Below, piece after piece: positions 38,317 through 50,911 of a stretch of DNA of 64,000 bases. The notes below the pieces were generated by a model. The model made no database searches, was not told the origin of the DNA, and saw only the letters and a list, made by a program, of their open reading frames with translations. A program made the position numbers and the translations under genes. The stretch comes from Octopus sinensis (Eukaryota): contig NC_043001.1 of the NCBI RefSeq assembly GCF_006345805.1, positions 16,926,001 to 16,990,000 of the forward strand, in the 5' to 3' direction. Position 1 is the first letter of the stretch, and every line of letters begins with the position of its first letter.

Positions 38317-38966
38317 ATCATCTATCTATCTATCTCTCTATCTGTCTTTGTCGTTATCTAATATATATCTATCTATCTATCTATCTATATATATATATAT
38401 ATATGTATATATATAATATAATATATATATATAATATATATATATATATAATTATATATATAATTAACATCTCTCTCTCTTCTCTCTCTCTATATATATA
38501 TATTATATATATATTATATGAGTGTGTATAAGTAAATCGAAAAATAAAAGTAACAAATAGCAAAACAACAAAAGTCAAAAGGATGTACAACTGGAATGTG
38601 TTAGTTTGACGCTTAGTAATAAGAACATGGCTCTTCGTGAGAAAGAGGAGAAAGAAAAAAGGTCCGGAAAAAGGAAAAATTCCAGAAAAAGCATATGTGT
38701 AGTTACCTGGCTGAAGGGACCGGAAATGGAGGAAGATAAAGTGGTTTTCAAAACAGAAGACTGTTAAAATGGCCAATGTGTGTGTGTGTGTGCGTGTGTG
38801 TATGTGTGTGAGTGATATGCGTATACGTATGTATGTATGTTTGTGTGTGTGTATGTGCACGTCTGCGTGTGTGTGTGCGTGAGAGAGAGAGAATACCCTT
38901 CAAAGTGGGAGGTAGTAATCCGGCGATTGGTTCAGGATAAACTGCTTTCATGATCATAGGCGCAGG

Positions 38967-39123
38967 AGTGGCTGTGTGGTAAGTAGCTTGCTAACCAACC
39001 ACATGGTTCCGGGTTCAGTCCCACTGCGTGGCATCTTGGGCAAGTGTCTTCTGCTATAGCCTCGGGCCGACCAAAGCCTTGTGAGTGGATTTGGTAGACG
39101 GAAACTGAAAGAAGCCTGTCGTA

Positions 39124-39176
<53 letters not shown>

Positions 39177-39395
39177 GTGTGCTTCTGTGTTTGTGTTTGT
39201 CCCCCTAGCATTGCTTGACAAACGATACTGGTGTGTTTACGTCCCCGTCACTTAGCGGTTCGGCAAAAAGAAACCGATAGAATAAGTACTGGGCTTACAA
39301 AGAATAAGTCCCGAGGTCGATTTGCTCGACTAAAGGCGGTGCTCCAGCATGGCCGCAGTCAAATGACTGAAACAAGTAAAAGAGCGAAAAGAGTA
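38967..39395 (+). mobile_element. Group B SINE
   Basis: Full-length match. Confidence 0.9.
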
Positions 39396-39418
39396 TGTAT
39401 GTATGTATGTATGTATGT

Positions 39419-39962
39419 CAGGTCACTTTCGAGTGCTACTGGTAACCCATTACTACCTGTTGCATGGTCGGGTCGTCGGCGACTAAACCGGCAACCCCAC
39501 CAAGCTTGCTTGGTGAGGAGGGTGTTTATTGGACACCCTGCTGGATGAAAAACAAAAACCATCAAAGGGCGGAGGAACTCTTGAGAGTCAACGGCCATCC
39601 AATAAATGTCTTAAGGCTGTATCATGCGCGGGGACATAGAAATAATCGGACTGAATACCCGATCGCGCGGTTAAACCGTTGGGAGTGAAGAACTCCTAAC
39701 CTTTGTTAGGACATCCTTCTAGGAGAAGGTAACTCAGGTAACTGGGATAACTCCGACATAAAACCTGCGGCTCAGTGGTTACCGATGATGTTGAATTGTT
39801 CTTCTTTTCGGATTATGGCTGCTGTTGCTTAGTGAGTGGGATTGACTCAGTGCACAGCCTTTCCTCACTTAAAAAAAAATCTTCTTGCACAGGCATTGCA
39901 CGATAACAACATTGATTAAGCTTCGTGCAATGGCCATACTCGATCACGAGGGGGCAGCCACA
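39419..39962 (+). mobile_element. Short non-coding element sharing its 3' end with the RTE LINE at 46.5-47.3 kb
   Basis: TTAAGCTTCGTGCAATGGCCATACTCGAT(C/A)ACGAG..GGCAGCCA occurs at ~39915-39960 and ~47245-47290. The 5' part resembles an RTE 5' UTR (recall). Confidence 0.5.
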
Positions 39963-39974
39963 ATGTATGTATAT

Positions 39975-39988
39975 ACATATAGGTATAG

Positions 39989-40050
<62 letters not shown>

Positions 40051-40069
40051 GTCTATCTACTATCTATCA

Positions 40070-40113
<44 letters not shown>

Positions 40114-40188
40114 ATCTATCTATCTATCTGTCTGTCTACTATCTATTATCTATCTATCTAATCTATCTATCTATCTATCTATCTATCT

Positions 40189-40227
<39 letters not shown>

Positions 40228-40228
40228 G

Positions 40229-40259
<31 letters not shown>

Positions 40260-40296
40260 CTATCTATCTATCTATCTATCTATCTTCTATCTATCG

Positions 40297-40371
<75 letters not shown>

Positions 40372-40420
40372 GTCTATCTGTCTGTCTGTCTGCCTGTCTG
40401 CCTGTCTATCTGCTTGTCTG
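39975..40420. repeat. (TATC)n/(TGTC)n microsatellite
   Basis: Direct. Confidence 0.95.
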
Positions 40421-40429
40421 TCTGTTTGT

Positions 40430-40478
<49 letters not shown>

Positions 40479-40910
40479 TATATATATATATTGATAGTGA
40501 CTCGTACTCTAACCCTGTATCTATATGCTCTAGCACCGTATACAGTGGTAGACCTCTCTGAATTCCTGTACGACATAGAAACTACATTGGGCATACTTTA
40601 ATATAATTATGAGATTAAAACATGGCTTTGTGTTGCATAAGTCTCCCAGTTTCACAGGGAATATAAAATACTTCAGCCAGGAAGAAAGCTCACCGTGAAT
40701 ATCTTCACAGGCTATCACCGACACTAATGTGATTGGTATTATTGGTGGTGTTAGTCACTTAATGTAGAGAAAATTTAAGCAGGAAGACAACTTCAGTGGG
40801 TTGGTGTCCTAAGAAGAAAAATTTTAGTTAGGTGGTTCGTGCAGGATCATGTAGGAGAAATGTCGGTCATGTGTGACGAGTGAAGAAGAAACGGGTATAT
40901 GAAAAGAATC

Positions 40911-41640
40911 TATTGGGTTATCCCATAAATAATGCGGTTTGTTTTATACTTTTATTTTTTAAAATTAAGATAAATAAAATCCTATTTTAATCTAAGATAT
41001 ATACTCTCCTTCATTTTCTACAATGCTCTTCTATCTCTGGTAAACTTGCAAGGTCCTTCTTCCAAAATTCCCTTGTCCGTGACGAAAAATACTCCTCCAG
41101 TATTGTTCTGATATCGTCTACAGAATTCATATTTTTTCCATCCAAATGATTTTGAAAACTGCGAAATAAATTATAGTCAGATGGGGCAATATCCGGCGAA
41201 TATGGTGGGTGGGGCATCGTTTCTCATTCAGACTACTCCAGCCTTTGGAATGTCATCCTCGCTGTATCTGGCCGAGCATTATCCTGATGGAAGAACACCT
41301 TTCGTCTTGAAACCAAAGATGGTTGTTTTCCTCCTAGCGTTGATGTAAGCCGTTCAAGCTGCCCGCAGTAGATCTCCTTTGTTATCATTTGGTTTGGGTT
41401 TAAAAGTTCAAAGTGGACTAAACGTTTCATATCCCACCAAATAGATAACACCTTACGAGGGTGAAGACCTTCTTTAGCCTGAGGTACTGGTGGTTCTCCT
41501 TTCCCTACTCACTGTCTCCGGCGCTTGACATTTTTATAGGGAACCTATTTTTCGTCACCAGTCACTATTCAGTCCAAAAATGGTTTATTCGTGAGACGTG
41601 ACAGCAAAGAAGAGCACACGTTCAATCTCTATGCACACGT
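40911..41640 (-). pseudogene. Mariner transposase remnant with 3' TIR
   Basis: FLD*IVTGDEK, LSIWWDMK, FHQDNARP and HPPYSPDIAPSDYNLFRS motifs; TIR TATTGGGTTATCCCATAAATAATGCGG. Confidence 0.9.
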
Positions 41641-42147
41641 TCACTCTATAAGCTGGGTCTCTTTGTAAAATAGATCGATTAAACTGAACTCTGATGGGGG
41701 CTAACAAATCTAGAAACCTCAGTTATTTAGATATGCTGTTTTACTTGAAATTCAACTATATTTCTAACAGATTCATTCGAAGGCAAACCTACATTGAATG
41801 TGCTTCGAGGTAGAAAGAAAACATGTCATTTGAACCGCTAAGATCATTTGCTAAATCTGCCTCAGATTATTACAATTACAACACTAATAAAGAAGACAAT
41901 GTAGTCCTAGGTATGTTATATCTGAAGGCAAGACAAAACGGTCACGGTTGGGGTGACCACGGTTGGAGTGATTATGCGTCTTCTCTGTAAGAGCTGACTT
42001 TTAGCTAAATTAAAGCAAATTTTAAGTTTCTTTAATATACACACAGTTCTCTCCCTTATTTATATTGCGAGTTACTTCCCCTAGACAGTGTTTTATTTAC
42101 TAAATATAGAAATCTAAGATTTTATTAAGCAGACGTGATACTGTCAC

Positions 42148-42555
42148 TTTACTCTTTTACTTATTTCAGTCATTTGACTGCGGCCATGCTGGAGCACCGC
42201 CTTTAGTCGAGCAAATCGACGCCAGGATTTATTCTTTGTAAGCCTAGTACTTATTCTATCGATATGCTTTTGCCGAACCACTAAGTTACAGGGAAGTAAA
42301 CACACCAGCATCGGTTGTCAAGCGATGTTAGGGGGACAAACAGACACACAAATACACATACATACACACATATATACATAAATACATATATACGACGGGC
42401 TTCTTTCAGTTTCCGTCTACCAAAACCACTCACAAGGCTTTGGTCGGCCCGAGGCTATAGCAGAAGACACTTGCCCAAGGTGCCATGCAGTGGGACTGAA
42501 CCCGGAACCATGTGGTTGGTAAGCAAGCTACTTACCACGCAGCCACTCTTACGCT
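42148..42555 (-). mobile_element. Group B SINE
   Basis: Matches the B consensus. Confidence 0.88.
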
Positions 42556-42825
42556 TATTTAATAAAACATTTCTTAAAAGATTTGCATATATCAAAGAAA
42601 GGAAATGAAGGTAGTCTTTCATACTTGAATTTTGTTACTAAATTTTAGTTTTCTTGATGAAAATATATGTAGATTATTTGTAGAATTAATATTGCGAATT
42701 GAACGCGCTTTCTCTCTCTCTCTCTCTCTCTGTATTGATGAAATGTGTGTTTATGTGTGCGTGCGTGATTGCTTGTGCTTTCGACCTGTATTGATACTAG
42801 TTATATTACAATACACATAAATGTC

Positions 42826-42874
42826 TGGATATCAAATGGATATCAAATGGATATCAAATGGATATCAAATGGAT
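42826..42874. repeat. 11-bp tandem repeat (TGGATATCAAA) x4
   Basis: Direct. Confidence 0.9.
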
Positions 42875-42893
42875 GTCGACAGCCACATGAAGA

Positions 42894-44585
42894 CATGGCA
42901 GAAACGTTAGCACGCCGGGCGAAATGCTTAGCGGTATTTCGTCTGCCGCTACGTTCTGAGTTCAAATTCCGCCGAGGTCGACTTTGCCTTTCATCCTTTC
43001 GGGGTCGATTAAATAAGTACCAGTTACGCACTGGGGTCGATGTAACCGACTTAATCCGTTTGTCTGTCCTTGTTTGTCCCCTCTATGTTTAGTCCCCTGT
43101 GGGTAGTAAAGAAATAGGTATTTCGTCTGCCGTTACGTTCTGAGTTCAAATTCCGCCGAGGTCGACTTTACCTTTCATCCTTTCGGGGTCGATTAATAAG
43201 TACCAGTTACGCACTGGGGTCGATGTAACCGACTTAATCCGTTTGTCTGTCCTTGTTTGTCCCCTCTATGTTTAGTCCCCTGTGGGTAGTAAAGAAATAG
43301 GTATTTCGTCTGCCGTTACGTTCTGAGTTCAAATTCCGCCGAGGTCGACTTTGCCTTTCATCCTTTCGGGGTCGATTAAATAAGTACCAGTTACGCACTG
43401 GGGTCGATGTAACCGACTTAATCCGTTTGTCTGTCCTTGTTTGTCCCCTCTATGTTTAGTCCCCTGTGGGTAGTAAAGAAATAGGTATTTCGTCTGCCGT
43501 TACGTTCTGAGTTCAAATTCCGCCGAGGTCGACTTTGCCTTTCATCCTTTCGGGGTCGATTAAATAAGTACCAGTTACGCACTGGGGTCGATGTAACCGA
43601 CTTAATCCGTTTGTCTGTCTTGTTTGTCCCCTCTATGTTTAGTCCCCTGTGGGTAGTAAAGAAATAGGTATTTCGTCTGCCGTTACGTTCTGAGTTCAAA
43701 TTCCGCCGAGGTCGACTTTGCCTTTCATCTTTCGGGGTCGATTAATAAGTACCAGTTACGCACTGGGGTCGATGTAACCGACTTAATCCGTTTGTCTGTC
43801 CTTGTTTGTCGCCTCTATGTTTAGTCCCCTGTGGGTAGTAAAGAGATAGGTATTTCGTCTGCCGTTACGTCTGAGTTCAAATTCCGCCGAGGTCGACTTT
43901 GCTTTCATCCTTTCGGGGTCGATTAATAAGTACCAGTTACGCACTGGGGTCGATGTAACCGACTTAATCCGTTTGTCTGTCCTTGTTTGTCCCCTCTATG
44001 TTTAGTCCCCTGTGGGTAGTAAAGAAATAGGTATTTCGTCTGCCGTTACGTTCTGAGTTCAAATTCCGCCGAGGTCGACTTTGCCTTTCATCCTTTCGGG
44101 GTCGATTAAATAAGTACCAGTTACGCACTGGGGTCGATGTAACCGACTTAATCCGTTTGTCTGTCCTTGTTTGTCCCCTCTATGTTTAGTCCCCTGTGGG
44201 TAGTAAAGAAATAGGTATTTCGTCTGCCGTTACGTTCTGAGTTCAAATTCCGCCGAGGTCGACTTTGCCTTTCATCCTTTCGGAGTCGATTAAATAAGTA
44301 CCAGTTACGCACTGGGGTCGATGTAACCGACTTAATCCGTTTGTCTGTCCTTGTTTGTCCCCTCTATGTTTAGTCCCCTGTGGGTAGTAAAGAAATAGGT
44401 ATTTCGTCTGCCGTTACGTTCTGAGTTCAAATTCCGCCGAGGTCGACTTTGCCTTTCATCCTTTCGGAGTCGATTAAATAAGTACCAGTTACGCACTGGG
44501 GTCGATGTAACCGACTTAATCCGTTTGTCTGTCCTTGTTTGTCCCCTCTATGTTTAGTCCCCTGTGGGTAGTAAAGAAATAGGTA
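42894..44585 (+). mobile_element. Group C SINE array: partial head plus nine near-identical ~184-bp bodies
   Basis: Nine GTAGTAAAGA unit ends counted. All units share the private variants GTAACCGAC and TTTAGTCCCCTGTGGG. Confidence 0.93.
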
Positions 44586-45024
44586 ATCTGTACTGGAAAG
44601 TTTGTTATTACTGTTATAGTTGTTTATCATGACAGCCCTTAAGAAAAAGAACTACGTCGAAAGACGCTACAGCCATGACCATCTCGTCATTATTAAATAA
44701 TGACGAGATGGTAATTTCCCCGTATTACATTATCCCGTCCTTTTTGTTTTGTTTTTTGTTTTGGTCTTTTTTTCTTCAAGGCAATCCGATGCAATTAGAA
44801 CGACATTTATTAAATGAGATTTGGGTACTGTTTACTTGAGGTCGAGTGATCACACAGGAGTTCCCCTGTTGGCTTGATTATAAATCTGTCAAAGAGATAA
44901 GTACGGTACCTCTAAAATATTCAGGTGTTCACAAATTCTTGAAACGGACGACTGACGTTTACTTCGAATTTTTAAGACAAGCTTATGCAGGGGAGATAAC
45001 TAGCTTCCTCGACAGGTTTACAAT

Positions 45025-45440
45025 TCTTATTTCTTTACTACCCACAAGGGGCTAAACGTTGAGGGGCAGACAAAGGGAGTAAGTCGATTGCATTGACCCC
45101 AATGCGTAACTGGTCCTTAATTTATCGACCCCGAAAGGATGAAAGGCAAAGTCGACCTTGGTGGAATTTGAACTCAGAACTTAAAGACGAACGAAATACC
45201 TATTTCTTTACTACCCACAAGGGGCTAAACACAGAGGGGACAAACAAGGACAGACAAGGACAGACATAGGTATTAAGTCGATTACATCGACCCCAGTGCG
45301 TAACTGGTACTTAATTTATCGACCCCGAAGGGATGAAAGGCAAAGTCGACCTCGGCGGAATTTGAACTCACAACGTAACGCAGACGAAATACCGCTAAGC
45401 ATTTCGCCCGGCGCGCTAACGTTTCTGCCAGCTCACCGCC
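45025..45440 (-). mobile_element. Group C SINE dimer
   Basis: Head plus two bodies. Confidence 0.85.
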
Positions 45441-45936
45441 TTACAATTCTACGGAGAAAGAATTGCTGGAAATGTTTAGTGTGGTACCTGGGAGATGTGA
45501 AAACGCTAAGATCGTTTCGGTCAATCCAGAAAATCGTAGACCAATGAAGTAAATGTTGATCAAGTAAACAGATGGAAAATAGCACGTAACTGAGTCACTG
45601 ATTAAAGCATGCCGGTGAGAGAATCTTCTTCAATCAGTTGATGAACATTTTTGGAAGTAGTTACGGATCTCTCATATATGTTTCATATATTATGTCGCAG
45701 TATATTAATTGTTGGCTTTACTCAACTTCTGTAGAGGGTCAATTACTGATCAAAGCTGAAAAATTCCTTGGTTTTAAATAGAAGCCATAATTTGATGTGG
45801 TGCTTATGATTACAGTAGCCAAGATATATAAATACTCTTTCAGATTTATACCCGCCGGATAAAGAACGCCACTAGATTTATTCATTGTCGTTTGTCTAAC
45901 CATATAATTGATTGTTATAATATCACCCAGGGGTAA

Positions 45937-46170
45937 GGCGGCGAGCTGGCAGAGACGTTAGCACGTCAGGCGAAATGCTTTGTGGTATTTCGTCTGCCGT
46001 TACGTTCTGAGTTCAGATTCCGCCGAGGTCGACTTTGCCTTTCATCATTTCGGGGTCGATAAATTAAGTACCAGTTACGCACTGGAGTCGATGTTATCGT
46101 CTTAATCCGTTTGTCTGTCCTTGTTTGTCCTCTCTATGTTTAGCCCCTTGTGGGCAATAAAGAAATAAGA
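45937..46170 (+). mobile_element. Single group C SINE
   Basis: Head plus one body. Confidence 0.88.
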
Positions 46171-46454
46171 AATGTTAGCGCCGCTTGGCGTGCTAACATA
46201 TTTGCAAGGAAGATAATTAAATGTGAAAAACATTTGCCGCAAGTCGAGAGACCAGTTTCGGAAAATTCATGATTTAATTAATTGTTTAAGTTGCCTATGG
46301 AGTTTCAAGTAAGAATGAATGTCCTCTCGGCCCTTCTCACCTTTGATCCAGTGTCACATCAAGGATGCGACAGGTGTGTGTAGGGAAGAGAGAGGAGGTG
46401 CCATGAATATAAGCTGGTATTCATTACTGCATAGAAGACTAGAGCAAGGTAAAG

Positions 46455-47292
46455 TGACCACCTTAAACAACTGGAACTTTCCATCAGATGTTCTTCAGAC
46501 GGATCTATGGCATTAAGTGGAAGGACTGCATCAGTGATCTTGAAATACTCGAAGGCTCTCGGTGTGAAAGTATAGAAGCTCTTGTGTTAAAGCAAAGGCT
46601 CAGATGGAGTGGTCATCTGGTCAGAATGAAGGATTCAAGGATGCCAAAACAACTCTTTTATGGAGAGTTAGCTAAAGGAGAACGACCTCCACATAAACCA
46701 AAAAAGAGGTATAAGGACTTGCTGAAGGCTTCCTTAAGAGATGCTTGCATCTCTCCTGACACATGGGAGGGCATAGCTATTGATTGTAGCAAGTGGAGAA
46801 GGATTGTGCACGAGGGGACAGTTTCTTTTGAGAAATCTCGAGTTGCACATGAGAAAGTAAGGAGGGATGTCAGGAAGGGCATCGCTGTTACACTTCCAGA
46901 AGGGAAGGGTCTTCCTTTGATTTTGACATGCAATGTCTGTGCAAGACCCTGCCTCAGTAAAGCTGGACTCATGAGTCATCTTCGTAGTCATAAAACGAGA
47001 CAGATGAGTGACAACCTGGCCACTGGTGGTGGTGTAACACACCATATTAATCATATCTGTCGGGTATGTGGAAGAGAGTGTAATTCGGCAGGAGAACTTA
47101 AACGACATGCAAAGGTACATGAAGCCCAGTTACAACTACAGCCGGCTATTACCAGTAAAGGTTTTAGTTGCCAATTTTGTACAAGACATTGTAGATCTTT
47201 AGCTGGGCTAAAAGGTCGCATTCGATCACAGCACCAGTAACAGTTAAGCTTCGTGCAATGGCCATACTCGATAACGAGATGGCAGCCATAAT
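46455..47292 (+). mobile_element. 5'-truncated RTE-clade LINE; open 250-aa C-terminal ORF (46488-47240) with three C2H2-type fingers
   Basis: RRIYGIKWKD, QRLRWSGHLVRMKDSRMPKQLFYGEL and KKRYKDLLK motifs. Fingers: CNVC...HLRSH, CRVC...HAKVH and a degenerate CQFC...RIRSQH. Confidence 0.88.
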
Positions 47293-47314
47293 ATATATAT
47301 ATTATATATATATA

Positions 47315-47356
<42 letters not shown>

Positions 47357-47406
47357 TATACATACATACATACATACATACATATGTTTACATACATATA
47401 TATATA

Positions 47407-47437
<31 letters not shown>

Positions 47438-47821
47438 GTTTACATACATATATATATATATACATGAATAAATAATATACATACATACGTACGTACATAT
47501 ATACGTCAGTTAAAAATATACTCATAGATAACTGGGTGAATAAAAAATGAAACAAACTCACACACCAGAACATTCTTTCAATTCATTGAACAACTCTGTC
47601 TTTAGAGAATTCCTTTTTCCTCATAACACGTGACCACACTACTTTCTATATTTAAGGTAACATCCGGAATCCAAGGAAACAGATTAATCGTCGACGTCGG
47701 CAACAATTAGTCACTGGCGTGTTCATAGCGGAAATTGCACTTATCCAACTTTCCTGTGAACTCTTCCTATTTGGTGTATATAATATATATATATATATAT
47801 TATATATATTATATATATATA

Positions 47822-47902
<81 letters not shown>

Positions 47903-47907
<5 letters not shown>

Positions 47908-48548
47908 CAATAATAAATCTGAGCGAGGTATAAACAGTAGCCGCACGACATCATGAAGTATATTTGCCACCTAAATGTGGCTAACCCCTAAGGGTTGATG
48001 CTACTGTAGCTCGTAGCCCCAGGAAGATATCTCCTCCAGCTGGCTATTGACACACTATCTGTGCCCTATCAGTATTTCCAAAGGGAAGGCATCGTTCCCA
48101 TGTCCAGCCTGACGCAATACACACGGATCCGAGTTTCTGAGTATTGACCCGTCATCAGTGTGTGACAACCACCGGTTGACGATGGGAAGTGGTTCTCAAT
48201 ACAAATATATATATACTTTTTCCAGTGACGAAAAGTCACTGATCTCGGAAAAGTGGAAATAAGCAATAATAAGTCTCTGAGCGAGGTATAAACAGTAGCC
48301 GCACACCATTTTATGTGGCAAATATACTTCACGATATCGTGCGGCTACTGGTTATACCTCGCTCAGAGATTTATTATTGCTTGTTTCCACTTTCGTCACT
48401 GGAAAAAGTATATATATTTGCATTGAGAACCACTGCCCATCGCCAATCAGTGCATATCACACACTGATGACGGGTCAATACCCAGAAACTCAGGTCCGTG
48501 TGTATCACGTCAGGCTGGAGATGGGAACAATGACTCCTCTTTGCAATA
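47903..48548. mobile_element. Nested inverted Penelope-like pLTR cluster
   Basis: 48073-48304 is inverted to 48339-48548, and 47903-47968 is inverted to ~48315-48384. Abuts (TA)n. Confidence 0.7.
48458..48502 (+). ncRNA. Hammerhead ribozyme-like fold (mirror copy at 48120-48164, minus strand)
   Basis: CACACA CTGATGA C-GGGT-CAAT-ACCC-A GAAAC TCAG GTC CGTGTG. The core is canonical, but the closing pairs of stems I and II are mismatched. Confidence 0.5.
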
Positions 48549-49124
48549 TATATTAGTCCTTCCTTCTTAGTTACCAAATTTGTGTTTATTTATTTAAGTA
48601 TTTATGCATTTATTCATTTGTTGTTATGGTTTCTGTGTATGGTGTGTATACATGTATGTATGTATGTATGTATGTATGTATGTATGTATGTATGTACGGT
48701 TGTTTTTCAAAAATCCCCACTAAATCACAAAATAAGGTGGGGGTGCCCTATTTTTCAAATCCTGGTAGCAACACTGAAGCTGGAAGCAGGAAAATAATCT
48801 AATTCTACACTTTATCACATTCAAGAATATAAACACGTTTTTAAGCACAACACATGCGGAGTCAAAAAGAAACACTACCTTTCACCCGGCACCATTGTTC
48901 ATGCAGTGCTTTCTCTCACTAGTGTGAAGCTTCCTATCTTGGACACGTGAGCGTGCGCACAACAGCCAAACACTGCGTCGCTGGAACTGTGAAGCACACA
49001 GTTCTATACAAGGATTTTTTTTTTTCATAAACTAAGGGATGGCTACTCACAATAAGTTTAAGGATTATATAATGTGCAAGTATAAAGAAAGAATTAACGA
49101 AAAAAGGACTAATTATATTGAATA

Positions 49125-49469
49125 CTAGCCCTATGACCTGGCAACGCCAGGTCATAGTGCTAGTGCATGCATATACAGCTGCGTGCGTGCACACATACAC
49201 GCGACCAATCACATACAGCTAGCTGGTATTCAATTGGCGTATCAAGTTTCGGGCATTTTTGATTGGGTTTTGGATAGAAAATTCACAAAAAGTCACTTCT
49301 ATTGATTTTTTAATGGCTTTGCGGGGTGACTGGTGAAATGTAAAGATGTACACGACCACCCTAGGACGGTTTTGAATGACCATAGAACGTGCGAGCCCTC
49401 TAACTAAAAAATTGTGGATTTGTATGAAGGACACACATACAGACAGACATTTTGCCGCTTATATATAGA
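49125..49469 (-). mobile_element. Non-autonomous Helitron (second family) with a palindromic 3' end
   Basis: The minus strand starts A|TCTATATATAAGCGGC and ends with a hairpin plus CTAG|T. Confidence 0.8.
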
Positions 49470-49539
49470 TAAATTATCGATGATATCGATTGAAAATAAG
49501 GGGTGCTGCAGTTCCACATATTGTATACAAGAGCCGCCT

Positions 49540-49913
49540 TGTGGAGGCACAATGGCCCAGTGGTTAGGGCAGCGGACTCGCGGTCATAGGATCGCAGTTT
49601 CGATTCCCAGACCGGGCGTTGTGAGTGTTTATTGAGCGAAAACACCTAAAAGCTCCACGAGGCTCCGGCAGGGGATGGTGGTGATCCCTGCCACAACTTT
49701 CTCTCACTCTTACTTCCTGTTTCTGTTGTACCTGTATTTCAAAGGGCCGGCCTTGTCACTCTCTGTGTCACGCTGAATATCCCCGAGAACTACGTTAAGG
49801 GTAGACGTGTCTGTGGAGTGCTCAGCCACTTACACGTTAATTTCACGAGCAGGCTGTTCCATTGATTCGGATCAACCGGAACCCTCATCGTCGTAACCGA
49901 CGGAGTGCTTCCA
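49540..49913 (+). mobile_element. Group A1 SINE
   Basis: TSD GAGCCGCC at 49531-49538 and 49921-49928. Confidence 0.9.
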
Positions 49914-50087
49914 TCCACACGAGCCGCCACTGCTCTCGATATTTCTTTACAATACCCTTTCGAATTAATTGTAATGTTATCTATCCTCAAAAATTCCCAT
50001 CACCAGTTCTCGTTCCCAAATCCGGTCACTTCAAACATTCCATACTGCTAACGACTTCAGTTCTGGGTACCTAAACTCCACTACATG

Positions 50088-50414
50088 TGGAGGCACATGG
50101 CCTAGTGGTTAGAGCAGTGGAGGCACATGGCCTAGTGGTTAGAGCAGAGGACTTGCGGTCGAGGGATCGCGGGTTCGAATCTCAGACCGAGCGATGTGTG
50201 TGTTTATGAGCGAATCACCTAAGATCCACGCGGCTCCGGCAGGAGGTAATGGCGAACGTCTGCTGACCCTTCCGCCACAACTTTCTCTCACTCTTCCTCC
50301 TGCATCTTGCAGCTCACCTACGACGGACCGGCGTCCCCTTCAAGTGGGGAATCTATGCGCCAAGAACCGGGAAACCGGCCCTTATGAGCCAGGCATGGCT
50401 CGAGAAGGAACAAA
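50088..50414 (+). mobile_element. Chimeric SINE: group A head/body (first 30 nt duplicated) with a group D-like tail (A3)
   Basis: 16-bp TSD TAAACTCC(A/T)CTACATG at 50072-50087 and 50415-50430. The tail CCGGGAAACCGG...ATGAGCC is shared with group D. Confidence 0.82.
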
Positions 50415-50911
50415 TAAACTCCTCTACATGCATCGTAGCTTCTGTGATCATACAGATTTATCAGCCATGGGTCGCTGTTTTCACCCATCCCTCTGACCGT
50501 AACTTTCGTGATATTGTGCCCCTAAACTTGTTAGCGTGTGTCACATAAGCGCCCACGGCCTCTTTGCTTCCTGCTCTTTCTTTAGCACCAGGTTTATGGT
50601 GCTATAACCCCGGCACTAGCCGAAATACACGACTTCATGCCGCACATCGATCAAGACGCTTTGGAAAACCACACTCAGCATCATTATATTTTAGTAATCC
50701 TGTCTTTGAAAGAGCAGACGGGAATTTCCGTACCCATGATAAACAAATTTCGTCTACTACGATCTATGTGTGTGTTTTTATGCCCCAAGCGCCTAAATGA
50801 GAAGATCTCTCAAGACTAATAACACAGTATTCAATGTTCTAACGAGACATCTATGGATATAAAGATTACCTTTTGGTATTTATACAGCTTCCGTCGCAAT
50901 TGGGTTACAAA

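Noticed and set aside
39419-39500. HDV-like ribozyme at the start of the RTE-derived element
   Set aside because: A P2-like pairing (CTGGT/ACCGG), a small P4 hairpin and CTAA are present. I could not find a P1 helix, and the L3 loop would be 12 nt, so the fold is not supported in this copy.
37521-41640. Composite transposon formed by the two converging mariner remnants
   Set aside because: They have different TIRs and divergent peptides, and both are 5'-truncated, so they are independent insertions.
46488-47240. Host C2H2 zinc-finger gene
   Set aside because: The fingers are in frame with RTE reverse-transcriptase C-terminal motifs and are followed by a LINE-type 3' end.
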